Of a stretch of 64,000 nucleotides of DNA, positions 39,786-49,372 are shown in pieces (position 1 is the stretch's first letter; every line of letters begins with the position of its first letter). The notes below the pieces were generated by a model. The model made no database searches. It was given only the letters and a program-made list of their open reading frames with translations, and was not told where the DNA came from. A program made the position numbers and the translations under genes. The DNA is taken from positions 28,532 through 92,531 of the IMG/VR virus record IMGVR_UViG_3300047557_001693; one strand, written 5' to 3'. The stretch is from a virus (taxonomy: Duplodnaviria > Caudoviricetes).

Positions 39786-42700
39786 ATGAAGTGTGTAAAT
39801 AAATCTCTTCCAGAGTATAAAAGTTTAAAAGAAAAAACTGGACTACCTGATCTTGTTCTATCATCTATTATAACTGAGTTTCAATTTAAGTTTAAGAATG
39901 ATGAATTCCCTTCAATGGGATATATAAACAATAGACCTGCTTTTAATAGAGATGCTGAATTAAACAGATTTTATAGCACAGATTCAGGTCAAACTTTTTG
40001 GATTGGTTTAACTACTAAACAAAAACTAGATATATTAAATAAGTATAGAAAAAAATATCCTCTATTAGAAATTACATTTGAAAGATCATATGGAAATCAA
40101 TATCTAAAATTAGTTGCTTACAATAAAACTGTTAGTGAGCAAGTAAGTAAAGAAGCATTCATGAATTTAGTTAATGATTTATCTAAAAGGTTAAATATAC
40201 CTTATGAGATAATAACTAAAGATGATGCTAAAAAAATACTTGGTAATCAGTATAATGGTGAACCAGCATTTTTTTATAAAGGAAAAGTTTACTTTACAGA
40301 ATTTAGTATAGAAGATCCTATACATGAATTTGCTCACCCATTTGTTAGAGCAATAATGAAAACTAATCCTGACTTGTTTGTAAATATTATGAATGAAGTT
40401 ATTAAAGAACATCCTGATGTTTATGATGAAGTTCAAAAACTGTATCCAGAATATTTTAATAAACAAGGTGAAGTTAGTTTATTAGGTTATGAAGAAATGG
40501 CTGTTAGAGCTATTACTAAATTAGGTATAGGTAATATTGATACTAAAACAGGTAAGTCAGTTTTACAAAGACTATGGGATACTATATTAAACTTTATACA
40601 ATCTATTGTTGGTGGAAATATTAAAATAGGAGATATTAAACCTAATGCTAAACTAAAAGATTTAGCAGATTTACTTACTAGTTTTAAAGGAACTATTAAT
40701 TTAGAAACAACTCCTGTTAAATCAGGTGTACAAGAACTATTTAATAATAATCCTGAACTAGCTTCTATAGGAACTCCTGAACAATACTCTCAATACTTAG
40801 ATACTAAGCAAGCTGATGTAGTATTACCAACAGATAGAATAGTTTTTGGACACCCTGGAATTGGTAAAACTTATTTAAAAGAGAGTGGTAGAACAGATGT
40901 AATTGACTTTGACTCTGACTATAAGAGTAGAATTAATAAGAAATTTAATTTACCTGAAGGATTTAAAGCAAGAAATGATTTTCAAAAAAGTAATAAAGAA
41001 GAGTATCAACAAGCTGTAAGAGAACTTTGGACTGAAGCTAAACAAGAGGCAAATAAAACAGGTAAAAAACTGTTTGCTTCTGATATGATTTTATTAAGGG
41101 AATTTGCCAAAGATTTTGACAAAGTAATAACAATGTCAAAAGAAACCTTTGTAGATAGAGCTAAACAAAGAAATGACTACACAGAGGGAGAAACAGAGAA
41201 ATGGAAAACTTCTTTAGATACTGAAATTTCTAAAATAGATAAATCTAAAGTTTTTACTACTGATAAATATCTTTCTGATTTATTATTAGGTTCTAAACAA
41301 GATATAGAAGGATTTAAAAGTTTTGTAAGTAAATCTCAAAAATCAATTAGTTCTGAAAAACCAATGTTTAACAGAACTTCACAACCTGATAATATATCAC
41401 TAGAACATTCTACTGCACTTGAATATCAAAAAGAAAGACTTGGAGATAATCTTAGTCAAGTTCAATTAAACATTGCTCAAAAGCTTATTAATAAAAAAAT
41501 AAAACCTGGTGATAATAACTATGTTGAAGATACTAATGAGTATACTAGAGCAACAGGTTATTTAAAAACATTAGAAGGTCCTAATGAGCAACCTTCATAT
41601 TATTCTTTTAATGAAGAAGATGAAGGTAAATATGCTGAATACAGAGAGTGGGGTAATCAATATGATGATTTAACTCAAGCTGTATTAATGGGTTATACAT
41701 TTGAAGAAGCACATTTATATGTTTTAAATAAACATGATGATAGAGTAAATGAAGGTAAGGATAATATTGAAGATATTTCTATTCCTGAAAATGTATTAAA
41801 AGATGTTTATGATGAATTAATAAATGTTATTAATACAGAACTTGATGGTTACTTGTTATTACCTCAAGTAATATTTAAATCTGAAAAAAATAAAATTGCA
41901 GGTACAGCAGATATTGTTGCTATATCACCTGATGGTAAGATTAAAATACTTGATGTTAAAAGTTCTAAAGCAGGATTTGAAAGCTTTGAGTATAAAAGAG
42001 AACATAAAAAAGATGGTGTTGCTAATGCTTCTAAGTTTAATAGATATAAAGCTCAGTTGAGTATTTATAAAGCAATGGCTCAAGAAGAAGGATTTGTATT
42101 TGAAGATAATAATGAACTTGGTATTTTCAACATACACTCATTAAGTTCAAATAATAAAACTGTTGATACAGCTACACCAGAAGGTTTATTTTATGTAGAT
42201 GGTTTCCAATATATTGCTGACAAGTTTACTAATAATGTATCTAATACACTTTCAAAGAAAGAGATAGAAACTATTAAGAAAATTAAAATAGCTTTAGAAG
42301 AACAGTTATATGTTCTACAAAAAAATGTTAATGTTAAAGCTGGAGATTTTAAAAAGAGAGAACTTGAAAGATTTAAAGAAGCACTATCAACTATTGAACA
42401 AGCTAAAGTTCTTTACTCATTTGTTAATGAAACTTTCAAAACCTTTGTGCAGAAAGAATTATCTGATGGTAAAATTTTCTATGGTATAAAATATAACATT
42501 AGAACTCTTGCTAATAAAATTGAGAAGGGTGAAGTTACAGGTAATGATGCTTTACAAGAATTATATTACTATAAGTCTCTTGTAGAGATATACAGTCCTA
42601 TCATTGAAAACATTAGTGCAATATTCTCATATAAAGATTCTCCTGAAATGTCAAGTAAGATAGGAGAAATTATAAAAGCATTTAATCAAATTAAGTCAGA

Positions 42701-45473
42701 TTACAAAACATCAGCAATTCCTTTGATTGCAGATATTCTTTTTGAACAAGTTAATCCTGAACTTAATGAAAAAATTAAAAAGTTTATAGATCCTATAAAG
42801 AAAGAAGTTGAGCAATTAAAACAAACTAAAGGTGTTGGTTCTCCTGAATATAAATTTAAGTTAAAAGTACTAGAAAAAAGGTCTTTAAAATTAAAATCAG
42901 AAGAGGGGTTGACTAAAGAATCTATTATTAGAACATTGGAAGAAGGTAGTCTTGAAGATATATCAACTATAGATTGGAGAACTTCTCCAGCAATTAGTTC
43001 AAGCAATGAATTAGTTTCTTTACTAGCTAAAACTCTTAAAGAAAAGTTAGAAAATAATAGACAGAAATCTATTGATTTAGAATATGCAGCTAAAAAAGCA
43101 TTTCAAGATTATGTAGGTGATCAGAATACATTTGATCCAACTAAGGTTAATGAACCATTTTATGAAATTGTAGATGTATTTACTGGAAAATTTGATGATA
43201 CTGGTAAACCTATATATGAACAACAAGCTTACTTTATATCAGATGTAGATCATAATAAGTTTGAAAAAAACTATGCTCAAGCTAAAGCTAAATCTATAGA
43301 ACAAGGTAATAAAGCAGGTGCTTATATGAAAGAGTGGTATAGAGTTAATATGCAATTAAGACCACAAGAAGATGTTACAGTAACTAATCCTTATACTGGA
43401 GAAACTGTAATTATTGAGAAAGGTTTAAATACTCTTTTAAAAGAAAAAATAAGAGATAGAGAAAATGGTATTATTACTGAATCTGAATTAGAATCTTTTA
43501 AAAAATCAATGGAAGGGTATGAGGAAGATGGTAAAGTTTATTACTATAATAAAGATTTATTAATTCCTAATATGTCTATATATAAAAGTAATAAAGTAGA
43601 TTCTTTGTCAGCTAAACAAAAGAAATATTATAACTTCTTAATATCTACATTACTAACATCTAAAAACAGAACTCCTGTATTAAGACAAAATAAATTTAGA
43701 TTACCATCTGTAGCAAAACAAGCATCTGAAAGAATATTTCAAAATGGTGTAATAGATTATATTAAGTATAATATATCAGATACATTTGGTGAAATGGAAG
43801 AAGATATTGATAGATATGGTGAAAAAACATCATCTGGTATTAAAACAGTACCTATATTGTTTTCTCAAAAGATGAATGTAGCAGATATATCTAAAGATTT
43901 ATTAAGATCTGTAATGCTATATGACAGTGCTTCATTAATATATGAAGCTAGAACATCAACACTTCCATTAGCACAATCTATTTTAGATATTGCTCAAGTT
44001 ACTCCACCTCTTTACAGAGATAGTTTATCTAATAAAGTAGCAAATGCTTTTGCTAAAAGAGCAGGTATTGATAATGAGTTTCTAAAAAGTGATTCTAACA
44101 ATGTAGCTAAATTTTTAGAAGCTTGGATTAACACACATATATATGGTGAAACTAATCTTAAACAAGATATATCTATATTTGGTAAAAAGGTAGCATTAGA
44201 TAAACTAGCAGATAGTATAAAATCATTTGCATCTAGAACACAGATTGGTGGTATTAATCCTATTGGTGCAGTAGCTAACTCTTTACAAGCTAATGTTCAA
44301 TTATTAATTGAATCACATGGTGGTCAATATGTTAATAAGAAAAAAATAGCTGAAGGTAAAGCTGAGTATGCTAGAGAAATGGCTAAAGGTGAATTTATTA
44401 AAGACTTTAATAATGGTACACCTACAAGTAAAATAGGTCAATTAGCAGCTATATATGATGCTTTACAAGGAGAATACCTTGATAAGTATGGTAACAAAAT
44501 TACAGCTACAAATGCTAGAAAACTATTTAGTTCAGATAGTTGGTTCTTTTTACATCATCAAGGTGAACATGAAGTTCAAATGAGTATGATGATTGCATTT
44601 TTAAAATCAGTAGAAGTAGAGCAAAATGGTAATAAGATAAATCTATATGATGCTTATGAACTTGATAAGAATGGTAGAATTAAATTAAAAGATGGTGTTA
44701 AACTTCCTGGTAAAAAATCTCAAAATGGACTTATATCTATAACTGTTCAAAATAGATTACATGCTCTCAATAAAAGAATGCATGGTGTGTATAATAGTTT
44801 TGATAGACCTGATATTAAAAAGAATCTTTGGGGAAGATTATTATTTATGTATAGAGATTTTGTTGTACCAGGTTTTAAAAAGAGATATAAAACTTTAGGT
44901 ATAGATAATGAACTTGATGATATTACAGAAGGTTATTATACAACATTTGTTAGAAAAGTAGGTGAGGATTATAAAAAATTAGCAAGACAATTAATAGGTC
45001 TTGAAAAAAGTGATCTTCAAGATTGGGAAAAAGCTAACTTAAGAAAATCTTTTATGGAAATAGGTGTAGTATTTACTACAGGTATATTAGTAATGCTGCT
45101 TACTGCAATGTTAAAAGAAGCTGATGATGATGATAAAAAATATTTACAGTATTTAACATTTTTAACATTAAGATTAAATAATGAAATGGGTATTTATGGT
45201 ACATTTGGTGACCCTCAAACTGCTGGATTACCTAATGTGAAAGAAGTTTGGAAAACATTTAAACAACCTTCAGCAATTATTGGTACTGTAGATAGATTTA
45301 TGAATTTATTATATCAAGTAACAGCTCCTGGTGAAGAATATAAAACAAATAGTGGTATTTGGAAAAAAGGAGATAGCAAACTACTTGCTGATTTCTATAA
45401 ACTAATTGGTATTACTGGAACTAATATTGATCCTGAGAATGCAATTAAGTACATCCAAATGTCTTCAAAATAA
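39786..45473 (+). CDS. Large virion cargo protein with zincin, P-loop kinase-like and PD-(D/E)XK nuclease domains
   Basis: HEFAH (40323-40337), GHPGIGKT (40848-40871), 'IAGTADIV......KILDVKS' with 'YKAQLSIY'; long helical C-terminal region with a hydrophobic helix. Confidence 0.75.
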   Translation: MKCVNKSLPEYKSLKEKTGLPDLVLSSIITEFQFKFKNDEFPSMGYINNRPAFNRDAELNRFYSTDSGQTFWIGLTTKQKLDILNKYRKKYPLLEITFERSYGNQYLKLVAYNKTVSEQVSKEAFMNLVNDLSKRLNIPYEIITKDDAKKILGNQYNGEPAFFYKGKVYFTEFSIEDPIHEFAHPFVRAIMKTNPDLFVNIMNEVIKEHPDVYDEVQKLYPEYFNKQGEVSLLGYEEMAVRAITKLGIGNIDTKTGKSVLQRLWDTILNFIQSIVGGNIKIGDIKPNAKLKDLADLLTSFKGTINLETTPVKSGVQELFNNNPELASIGTPEQYSQYLDTKQADVVLPTDRIVFGHPGIGKTYLKESGRTDVIDFDSDYKSRINKKFNLPEGFKARNDFQKSNKEEYQQAVRELWTEAKQEANKTGKKLFASDMILLREFAKDFDKVITMSKETFVDRAKQRNDYTEGETEKWKTSLDTEISKIDKSKVFTTDKYLSDLLLGSKQDIEGFKSFVSKSQKSISSEKPMFNRTSQPDNISLEHSTALEYQKERLGDNLSQVQLNIAQKLINKKIKPGDNNYVEDTNEYTRATGYLKTLEGPNEQPSYYSFNEEDEGKYAEYREWGNQYDDLTQAVLMGYTFEEAHLYVLNKHDDRVNEGKDNIEDISIPENVLKDVYDELINVINTELDGYLLLPQVIFKSEKNKIAGTADIVAISPDGKIKILDVKSSKAGFESFEYKREHKKDGVANASKFNRYKAQLSIYKAMAQEEGFVFEDNNELGIFNIHSLSSNNKTVDTATPEGLFYVDGFQYIADKFTNNVSNTLSKKEIETIKKIKIALEEQLYVLQKNVNVKAGDFKKRELERFKEALSTIEQAKVLYSFVNETFKTFVQKELSDGKIFYGIKYNIRTLANKIEKGEVTGNDALQELYYYKSLVEIYSPIIENISAIFSYKDSPEMSSKIGEIIKAFNQIKSDYKTSAIPLIADILFEQVNPELNEKIKKFIDPIKKEVEQLKQTKGVGSPEYKFKLKVLEKRSLKLKSEEGLTKESIIRTLEEGSLEDISTIDWRTSPAISSSNELVSLLAKTLKEKLENNRQKSIDLEYAAKKAFQDYVGDQNTFDPTKVNEPFYEIVDVFTGKFDDTGKPIYEQQAYFISDVDHNKFEKNYAQAKAKSIEQGNKAGAYMKEWYRVNMQLRPQEDVTVTNPYTGETVIIEKGLNTLLKEKIRDRENGIITESELESFKKSMEGYEEDGKVYYYNKDLLIPNMSIYKSNKVDSLSAKQKKYYNFLISTLLTSKNRTPVLRQNKFRLPSVAKQASERIFQNGVIDYIKYNISDTFGEMEEDIDRYGEKTSSGIKTVPILFSQKMNVADISKDLLRSVMLYDSASLIYEARTSTLPLAQSILDIAQVTPPLYRDSLSNKVANAFAKRAGIDNEFLKSDSNNVAKFLEAWINTHIYGETNLKQDISIFGKKVALDKLADSIKSFASRTQIGGINPIGAVANSLQANVQLLIESHGGQYVNKKKIAEGKAEYAREMAKGEFIKDFNNGTPTSKIGQLAAIYDALQGEYLDKYGNKITATNARKLFSSDSWFFLHHQGEHEVQMSMMIAFLKSVEVEQNGNKINLYDAYELDKNGRIKLKDGVKLPGKKSQNGLISITVQNRLHALNKRMHGVYNSFDRPDIKKNLWGRLLFMYRDFVVPGFKKRYKTLGIDNELDDITEGYYTTFVRKVGEDYKKLARQLIGLEKSDLQDWEKANLRKSFMEIGVVFTTGILVMLLTAMLKEADDDDKKYLQYLTFLTLRLNNEMGIYGTFGDPQTAGLPNVKEVWKTFKQPSAIIGTVDRFMNLLYQVTAPGEEYKTNSGIWKKGDSKLLADFYKLIGITGTNIDPENAIKYIQMSSK

Positions 45474-45478
45474 AAATC

Positions 45479-45510
45479 AAAAGGGGGGCTAATTTTGACC
45501 CCCCTCTTTT
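45479..45510. terminator. Bidirectional intrinsic terminator
   Basis: AAAA-GGGGGG-ctaattttga-CCCCCC-TCTTTT hairpin between convergent gene blocks, with A and T tails on either side. Confidence 0.85.
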
Positions 45511-45516
45511 AAACTT

Positions 45517-45945
45517 CTAAGCACCTGTACTTCCAAAACCACCTTCACCTCTTTCAGTAGAAGATAATTCTTCAACTTCTTGAAAGTCAATCTGTGGATA
45601 AGGTAGTATAATTAATTGACCAACTCTATCTCCTGGTTTATAGAATGAAGTATCAGGAATATGTTTAAATCTAAATTTAATCTCTCCTCTATAACCTGAA
45701 TCAATAACACCAACAGAGTTAGTTAGAATTAATCCAGAGTTACTTATAGAGCTTCTAGGAAATAATAGACCTACATATCCTTCAGGAATTTCTACAGATA
45801 ATCCTGTACCATATTCCATATAACCATATTCTGCTCTATCAACTTTAGCTAATGTTGTAGCTGTTAAATCCACAGCAGCATCCCCAGCTTTAGCATATGC
45901 TGGAGTTACTGCATTAGGATCAAGTTTTTTAAACTTAACTATCAT
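45517..45945 (-). CDS. dut: Trimeric dUTPase
   Basis: Motifs 'AAVDL', 'PRSS', 'GVIDSGYRGEI', 'GDRVGQL' and 'RGEGGFGSTG'. Confidence 0.96.
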   Translation of the reverse strand: MIVKFKKLDPNAVTPAYAKAGDAAVDLTATTLAKVDRAEYGYMEYGTGLSVEIPEGYVGLLFPRSSISNSGLILTNSVGVIDSGYRGEIKFRFKHIPDTSFYKPGDRVGQLIILPYPQIDFQEVEELSSTERGEGGFGSTGA

Positions 45946-46262
45946 TTTACACCAAATAAATATTTAACCCAATTAGGAATAAGGTTTAACTTTTTTTCTA
46001 ACATACTACTATTCATAGATGAAGTACCTAATTTAGATCTTAGATCTCTAACTTCAAATCTAAGGTCATTAATCTTGTGATTAAGATCTTTAATAATAGT
46101 TTCTGAAGCTTTAAGACCATTTTCTAATGAAATAATCTGTGAGATTTTTTGATCAATTAAAGATTGATGTTCTTCAAAGCTAATTGTTGATATTGTTTCA
46201 ACAATTGTAGAGTCACTTTTAGCTACAACTCTTTTACGTGGTTTGGATTTCTTATCTTCCAT
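45942..46262 (-). CDS. Coiled-coil hypothetical protein
   Basis: Heptad pattern, ends 'IPNWVKYLF'; overlaps both neighbours. Confidence 0.6.
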   Translation of the reverse strand: MEDKKSKPRKRVVAKSDSTIVETISTISFEEHQSLIDQKISQIISLENGLKASETIIKDLNHKINDLRFEVRDLRSKLGTSSMNSSMLEKKLNLIPNWVKYLFGVK

Positions 46263-46911
46263 TTTTAGTTATTGATTTTATTGTTTGTTCAAAAGGATTA
46301 CCTTCAATATTTTGTACCAAAGATAACATTTCTTGTGCTATTTCTCTAATCTCAACTTGAGCATGTTCACTATTTCTAAGTTTTAGAAAGTTAGCAAAAC
46401 TTCTCATGTTAAACATTACATCGGCTTGTATTTGAGAATTATAAGTTTTAAAAAACCTAGCAGATTCTTTAGCTCTCTTTCTACCAAGAACTGGTGTGAG
46501 GTCTTCTAAACACTGATGATAGAGCTGATTACCATACCTTGTATATTCATCCAATACATCCACCCAACTTTTTCTTTGTAGATGTTCAACACTACAAGGA
46601 GTACTTCCCCAATCTTCAGGTAGATAAAACTTATCTTCTTTCAATTCTTTATACCTAGCTGATTCTGCATTAATAGAAGCCATCCTATGCTTTAATAGAT
46701 GTATGTGGGATGCAATATCACAATTAACTAAGAAGTGCACTGTAGCCTTCTCAAATGGTGTTTCATGACCATTACTCCACAACATATCTATTAGAGCAGG
46801 TATTCTCTTAACCTTATCTTCTGATAGTTCCCTAGAGGTGCTTGTCCATGCAGAACAAGCTATTACCTCATCAGAACCATAGAATCCTAATAATTCTACT
46901 GTATTATTCAT
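46252..46911 (-). CDS. thyX: FAD-dependent thymidylate synthase
   Basis: 'GHETPFE', ThyX motif 'KHRMASINAESARY', 'AKESAR' and 'NMRSF.NFLKLR...HAQ.EIR'. Confidence 0.93.
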   Translation of the reverse strand: MNNTVELLGFYGSDEVIACSAWTSTSRELSEDKVKRIPALIDMLWSNGHETPFEKATVHFLVNCDIASHIHLLKHRMASINAESARYKELKEDKFYLPEDWGSTPCSVEHLQRKSWVDVLDEYTRYGNQLYHQCLEDLTPVLGRKRAKESARFFKTYNSQIQADVMFNMRSFANFLKLRNSEHAQVEIREIAQEMLSLVQNIEGNPFEQTIKSITKNGR

Positions 46912-47356
46912 ATTTATTTAATATCCATTTTGAAAATTTTATTAAAGTTTCTACATCAGCACAACTTTTTATCATATTTGCTAAATGACTTATTACTTGT
47001 ATATTATCTGGTGTATAACCTAATAAAGGATTTATTTTATCTAAAGAAGGACTGTTTAAATTTCCACCAGAAGTACCTTTTTTAATTATTAAAGGTATTT
47101 CTAATATTGGACAATTTTCTGGAATTTTGATATCAGATGGTTCTATTTCAAAAATAATATTTTTAAGTTTAGCTCTAGTTTTAGCTCTTCTATACATCTT
47201 CATTTCAGCAGATTGAGTTTTAACTCTATTTGAGTTACAACTATTGCATAAAGTAACAGTTTTTGATTTAATTTCAAAAATTTCTAAACAATTTGTACAT
47301 TGTCTATGTGTACTTGAAACTAACCATCCTTCTCTGTTTTTTATTAAATTATCCAT
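46904..47356 (-). CDS. Free-standing HNH endonuclease with N-terminal Zn ribbon
   Basis: CxxC...CxxC, then 'CPILEIPL...SPSLDKINP..GYTPDNIQVISHLANMIKS'. Confidence 0.8.
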   Translation of the reverse strand: MDNLIKNREGWLVSSTHRQCTNCLEIFEIKSKTVTLCNSCNSNRVKTQSAEMKMYRRAKTRAKLKNIIFEIEPSDIKIPENCPILEIPLIIKKGTSGGNLNSPSLDKINPLLGYTPDNIQVISHLANMIKSCADVETLIKFSKWILNKYE

Positions 47357-47372
47357 AATTTTGTATTTTTAA

Positions 47373-47380
47373 CAAAGATA
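47373..47380 (-). promoter_or_regulatory. Bacteroidota -7 promoter element for the HNH gene
   Basis: CAAAGATA on + (TATCTTTG on -), 16 nt upstream of the HNH start. Confidence 0.6.
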
Positions 47381-47385
47381 CAAAA

Positions 47386-49305
47386 TTATTTTATAGGACA
47401 ACTACCATTATCACAATCTTCAATGTCAAAATCTTTTTCTGAAATTTCAACAGACTCAATAGGTTTACATTTAGAAGCCATATTTATATATGTTTCTTCA
47501 TCTATAGTTTCATAAGGAGCTTGTTGAAAACCGTGACCATAATATAATAAAAAAGAAAGTGTTTTAAAGTTATCTGAATAATAAGTGTTCAAGTACTCTT
47601 TAATTTCATGAAGATCTTCTTTTTTATAATAAACTGTACAACTAACAGAATTATCTGACCATTCTGCTTGCATTCTTCTAACCATTTCTAATTGCTCTTT
47701 CCAAGAATAATTAGCTGCTACAGGAGTGGTTTCTGGTAATTTACAAGGAAATTCTACAACCATTGTTGAAGAATCTTCTTTACCATCAAAACCTTTAACA
47801 GGTTCAATATTGTAACCATGTTTTCTACAAACATCTATAAGTGGAGAATTAGTAGCAATTCTAATTCTTCTAATATAAAAAGGTCCAGCGGGATTAGGAT
47901 GAACTCCAGGAGTTACACCTGCAAGTAAACTCAAAGTACCACTTGGTTTAACTGTAGTTAATTTAATGCTTACAGGAAATCCTTTAGCTTTAGAATACTC
48001 TTTATCATATGCTCTTAACCATTTATAAGCATCTTTTAACCAACTTCTTTGTTCTTCAGTAGCTTGTAATATACCTGTTACACCTATACCCATTCTCATA
48101 TTAGAATTAACTATGTTTTCAGTTTCTTTTAATGAGCAATGTAAAGCTAATGAATGTTTATTAACTCTATATGTTATAGATAATATTTTTAATAATTCAT
48201 GATAATCATTAATATTTGGTAGATATATTTCAGACAAACAACAAGTTTCATAATTGTTTAATGACTGTTCTGCACAAGGGTTAAATACAACAACATCTTT
48301 ATCAGGATATTCATTTTCTCCTGTTCTACCAATTAATCTTGCAAGTCTTAAATTAATTAATCCATAAGGTTCACCTTGATCATAAGTATCCCAAAATTCT
48401 TTTGGTAATAATGAAGTATCATCACATGCTACTGAATTATTAGACATAGCTCTCCAATTAGGAATTGAATGTAAATCCCATCTTTTAGCTTTAAGATATT
48501 CTAAATCATCATAATCACCAATAGCAATTTGAGCAGACCTTCTAACATTACCTGATACAACAATATATCCAATAATATTCATTATATCTAAACAATCAAT
48601 AGGTCTAACTTTTTTATTACTTCTACTATTAAGAATCTTATTAATTTCTCCAATACCCCAGCAAAGTTCTTCAGGACCAGATGCTAATCCGCCAAATCCT
48701 TTAATAGGAGCACCTTTACTTCTAATAAGTTGAGTACTATAACTAAATCCTTCTCCACTATAAAAATGAGCTTTTAAAACTTTACCTAAAAATTTTACCC
48801 ATCCTTCTCTTGTATCAGGAATAATAAAATCAGCAGATGAATTATCAATTCTTTCAATTTTAACTTCATTTTTTACTTTTGGTAATTGATATACATATTC
48901 TCTTTGAATATTATAACCAACACCACTACCTAACATAAGCATTTCAAATGCCCATGTAAAAGGTCTAATAGGAGAATCAACTACAACTCCTGCACAATTT
49001 TGCAAACTAGGTAATCCTAATTTATCTACAGTATTTGTACCTAATTGCCACATAAATCTACCAGCTACAGACCATTTTAAATCCATTCTAGAATTAAAAT
49101 AAAATTTCTTTTCATCTTCTGTAAAATTAATACCAAGTTGTTTTTCACAAGAATCAATTTCTCTTTCTACAACTTGCCAAAATTCTTCAGTTTTTGAATC
49201 AGGATTATCATTTTCAATTCTTCTGGCATATGTTCTTTTAAATGTTATATAGCCAATTTCTCCCCAGTTGACTTTTTTATTTTTGTCAATATATTTTTTA
49301 TCCAT
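47386..49305 (-). CDS. nrdJ: Class II (B12-dependent) monomeric ribonucleotide reductase
   Basis: 'TFKRTYAR', 'GRFMW', 'LQNC', 'GNVRRSA', 'NPCAE', 'TVKPSGT' and C-terminal 'CDNGSCPIK'. Confidence 0.93.
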   Translation of the reverse strand: MDKKYIDKNKKVNWGEIGYITFKRTYARRIENDNPDSKTEEFWQVVEREIDSCEKQLGINFTEDEKKFYFNSRMDLKWSVAGRFMWQLGTNTVDKLGLPSLQNCAGVVVDSPIRPFTWAFEMLMLGSGVGYNIQREYVYQLPKVKNEVKIERIDNSSADFIIPDTREGWVKFLGKVLKAHFYSGEGFSYSTQLIRSKGAPIKGFGGLASGPEELCWGIGEINKILNSRSNKKVRPIDCLDIMNIIGYIVVSGNVRRSAQIAIGDYDDLEYLKAKRWDLHSIPNWRAMSNNSVACDDTSLLPKEFWDTYDQGEPYGLINLRLARLIGRTGENEYPDKDVVVFNPCAEQSLNNYETCCLSEIYLPNINDYHELLKILSITYRVNKHSLALHCSLKETENIVNSNMRMGIGVTGILQATEEQRSWLKDAYKWLRAYDKEYSKAKGFPVSIKLTTVKPSGTLSLLAGVTPGVHPNPAGPFYIRRIRIATNSPLIDVCRKHGYNIEPVKGFDGKEDSSTMVVEFPCKLPETTPVAANYSWKEQLEMVRRMQAEWSDNSVSCTVYYKKEDLHEIKEYLNTYYSDNFKTLSFLLYYGHGFQQAPYETIDEETYINMASKCKPIESVEISEKDFDIEDCDNGSCPIK

Positions 49306-49327
49306 AATTTATTTTTTTAAAGGGTGC

Positions 49328-49335
49328 CAAAGATA
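49328..49335 (-). promoter_or_regulatory. Bacteroidota -7 promoter element for nrdJ
   Basis: CAAAGATA on + (TATCTTTG on -), immediately downstream of the upstream gene's terminator. Confidence 0.6.
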
Positions 49336-49336
49336 T

Positions 49337-49370
49337 AAAAAACCCCTGTATGTTTCAACAGGGGTATTTT
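49337..49370 (-). terminator. Intrinsic terminator
   Basis: On -: ACCCCTGT-tgaaacat-ACAGGGGT-TTTTT after the phosphoesterase stop. Confidence 0.8.
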
Positions 49371-49372
49371 AT

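Noticed and set aside
10242-43006. Numerous 60-105 aa antisense or alternate-frame ORFs inside large + strand genes (e.g. 10242-10472, 19706-19948, 30497-30748, 32120-32437, 42701-43006)
   Set aside because: Shadow ORFs rich in F/L/S/I that arise from biased codon usage on the coding strand; no motifs or initiation signals.
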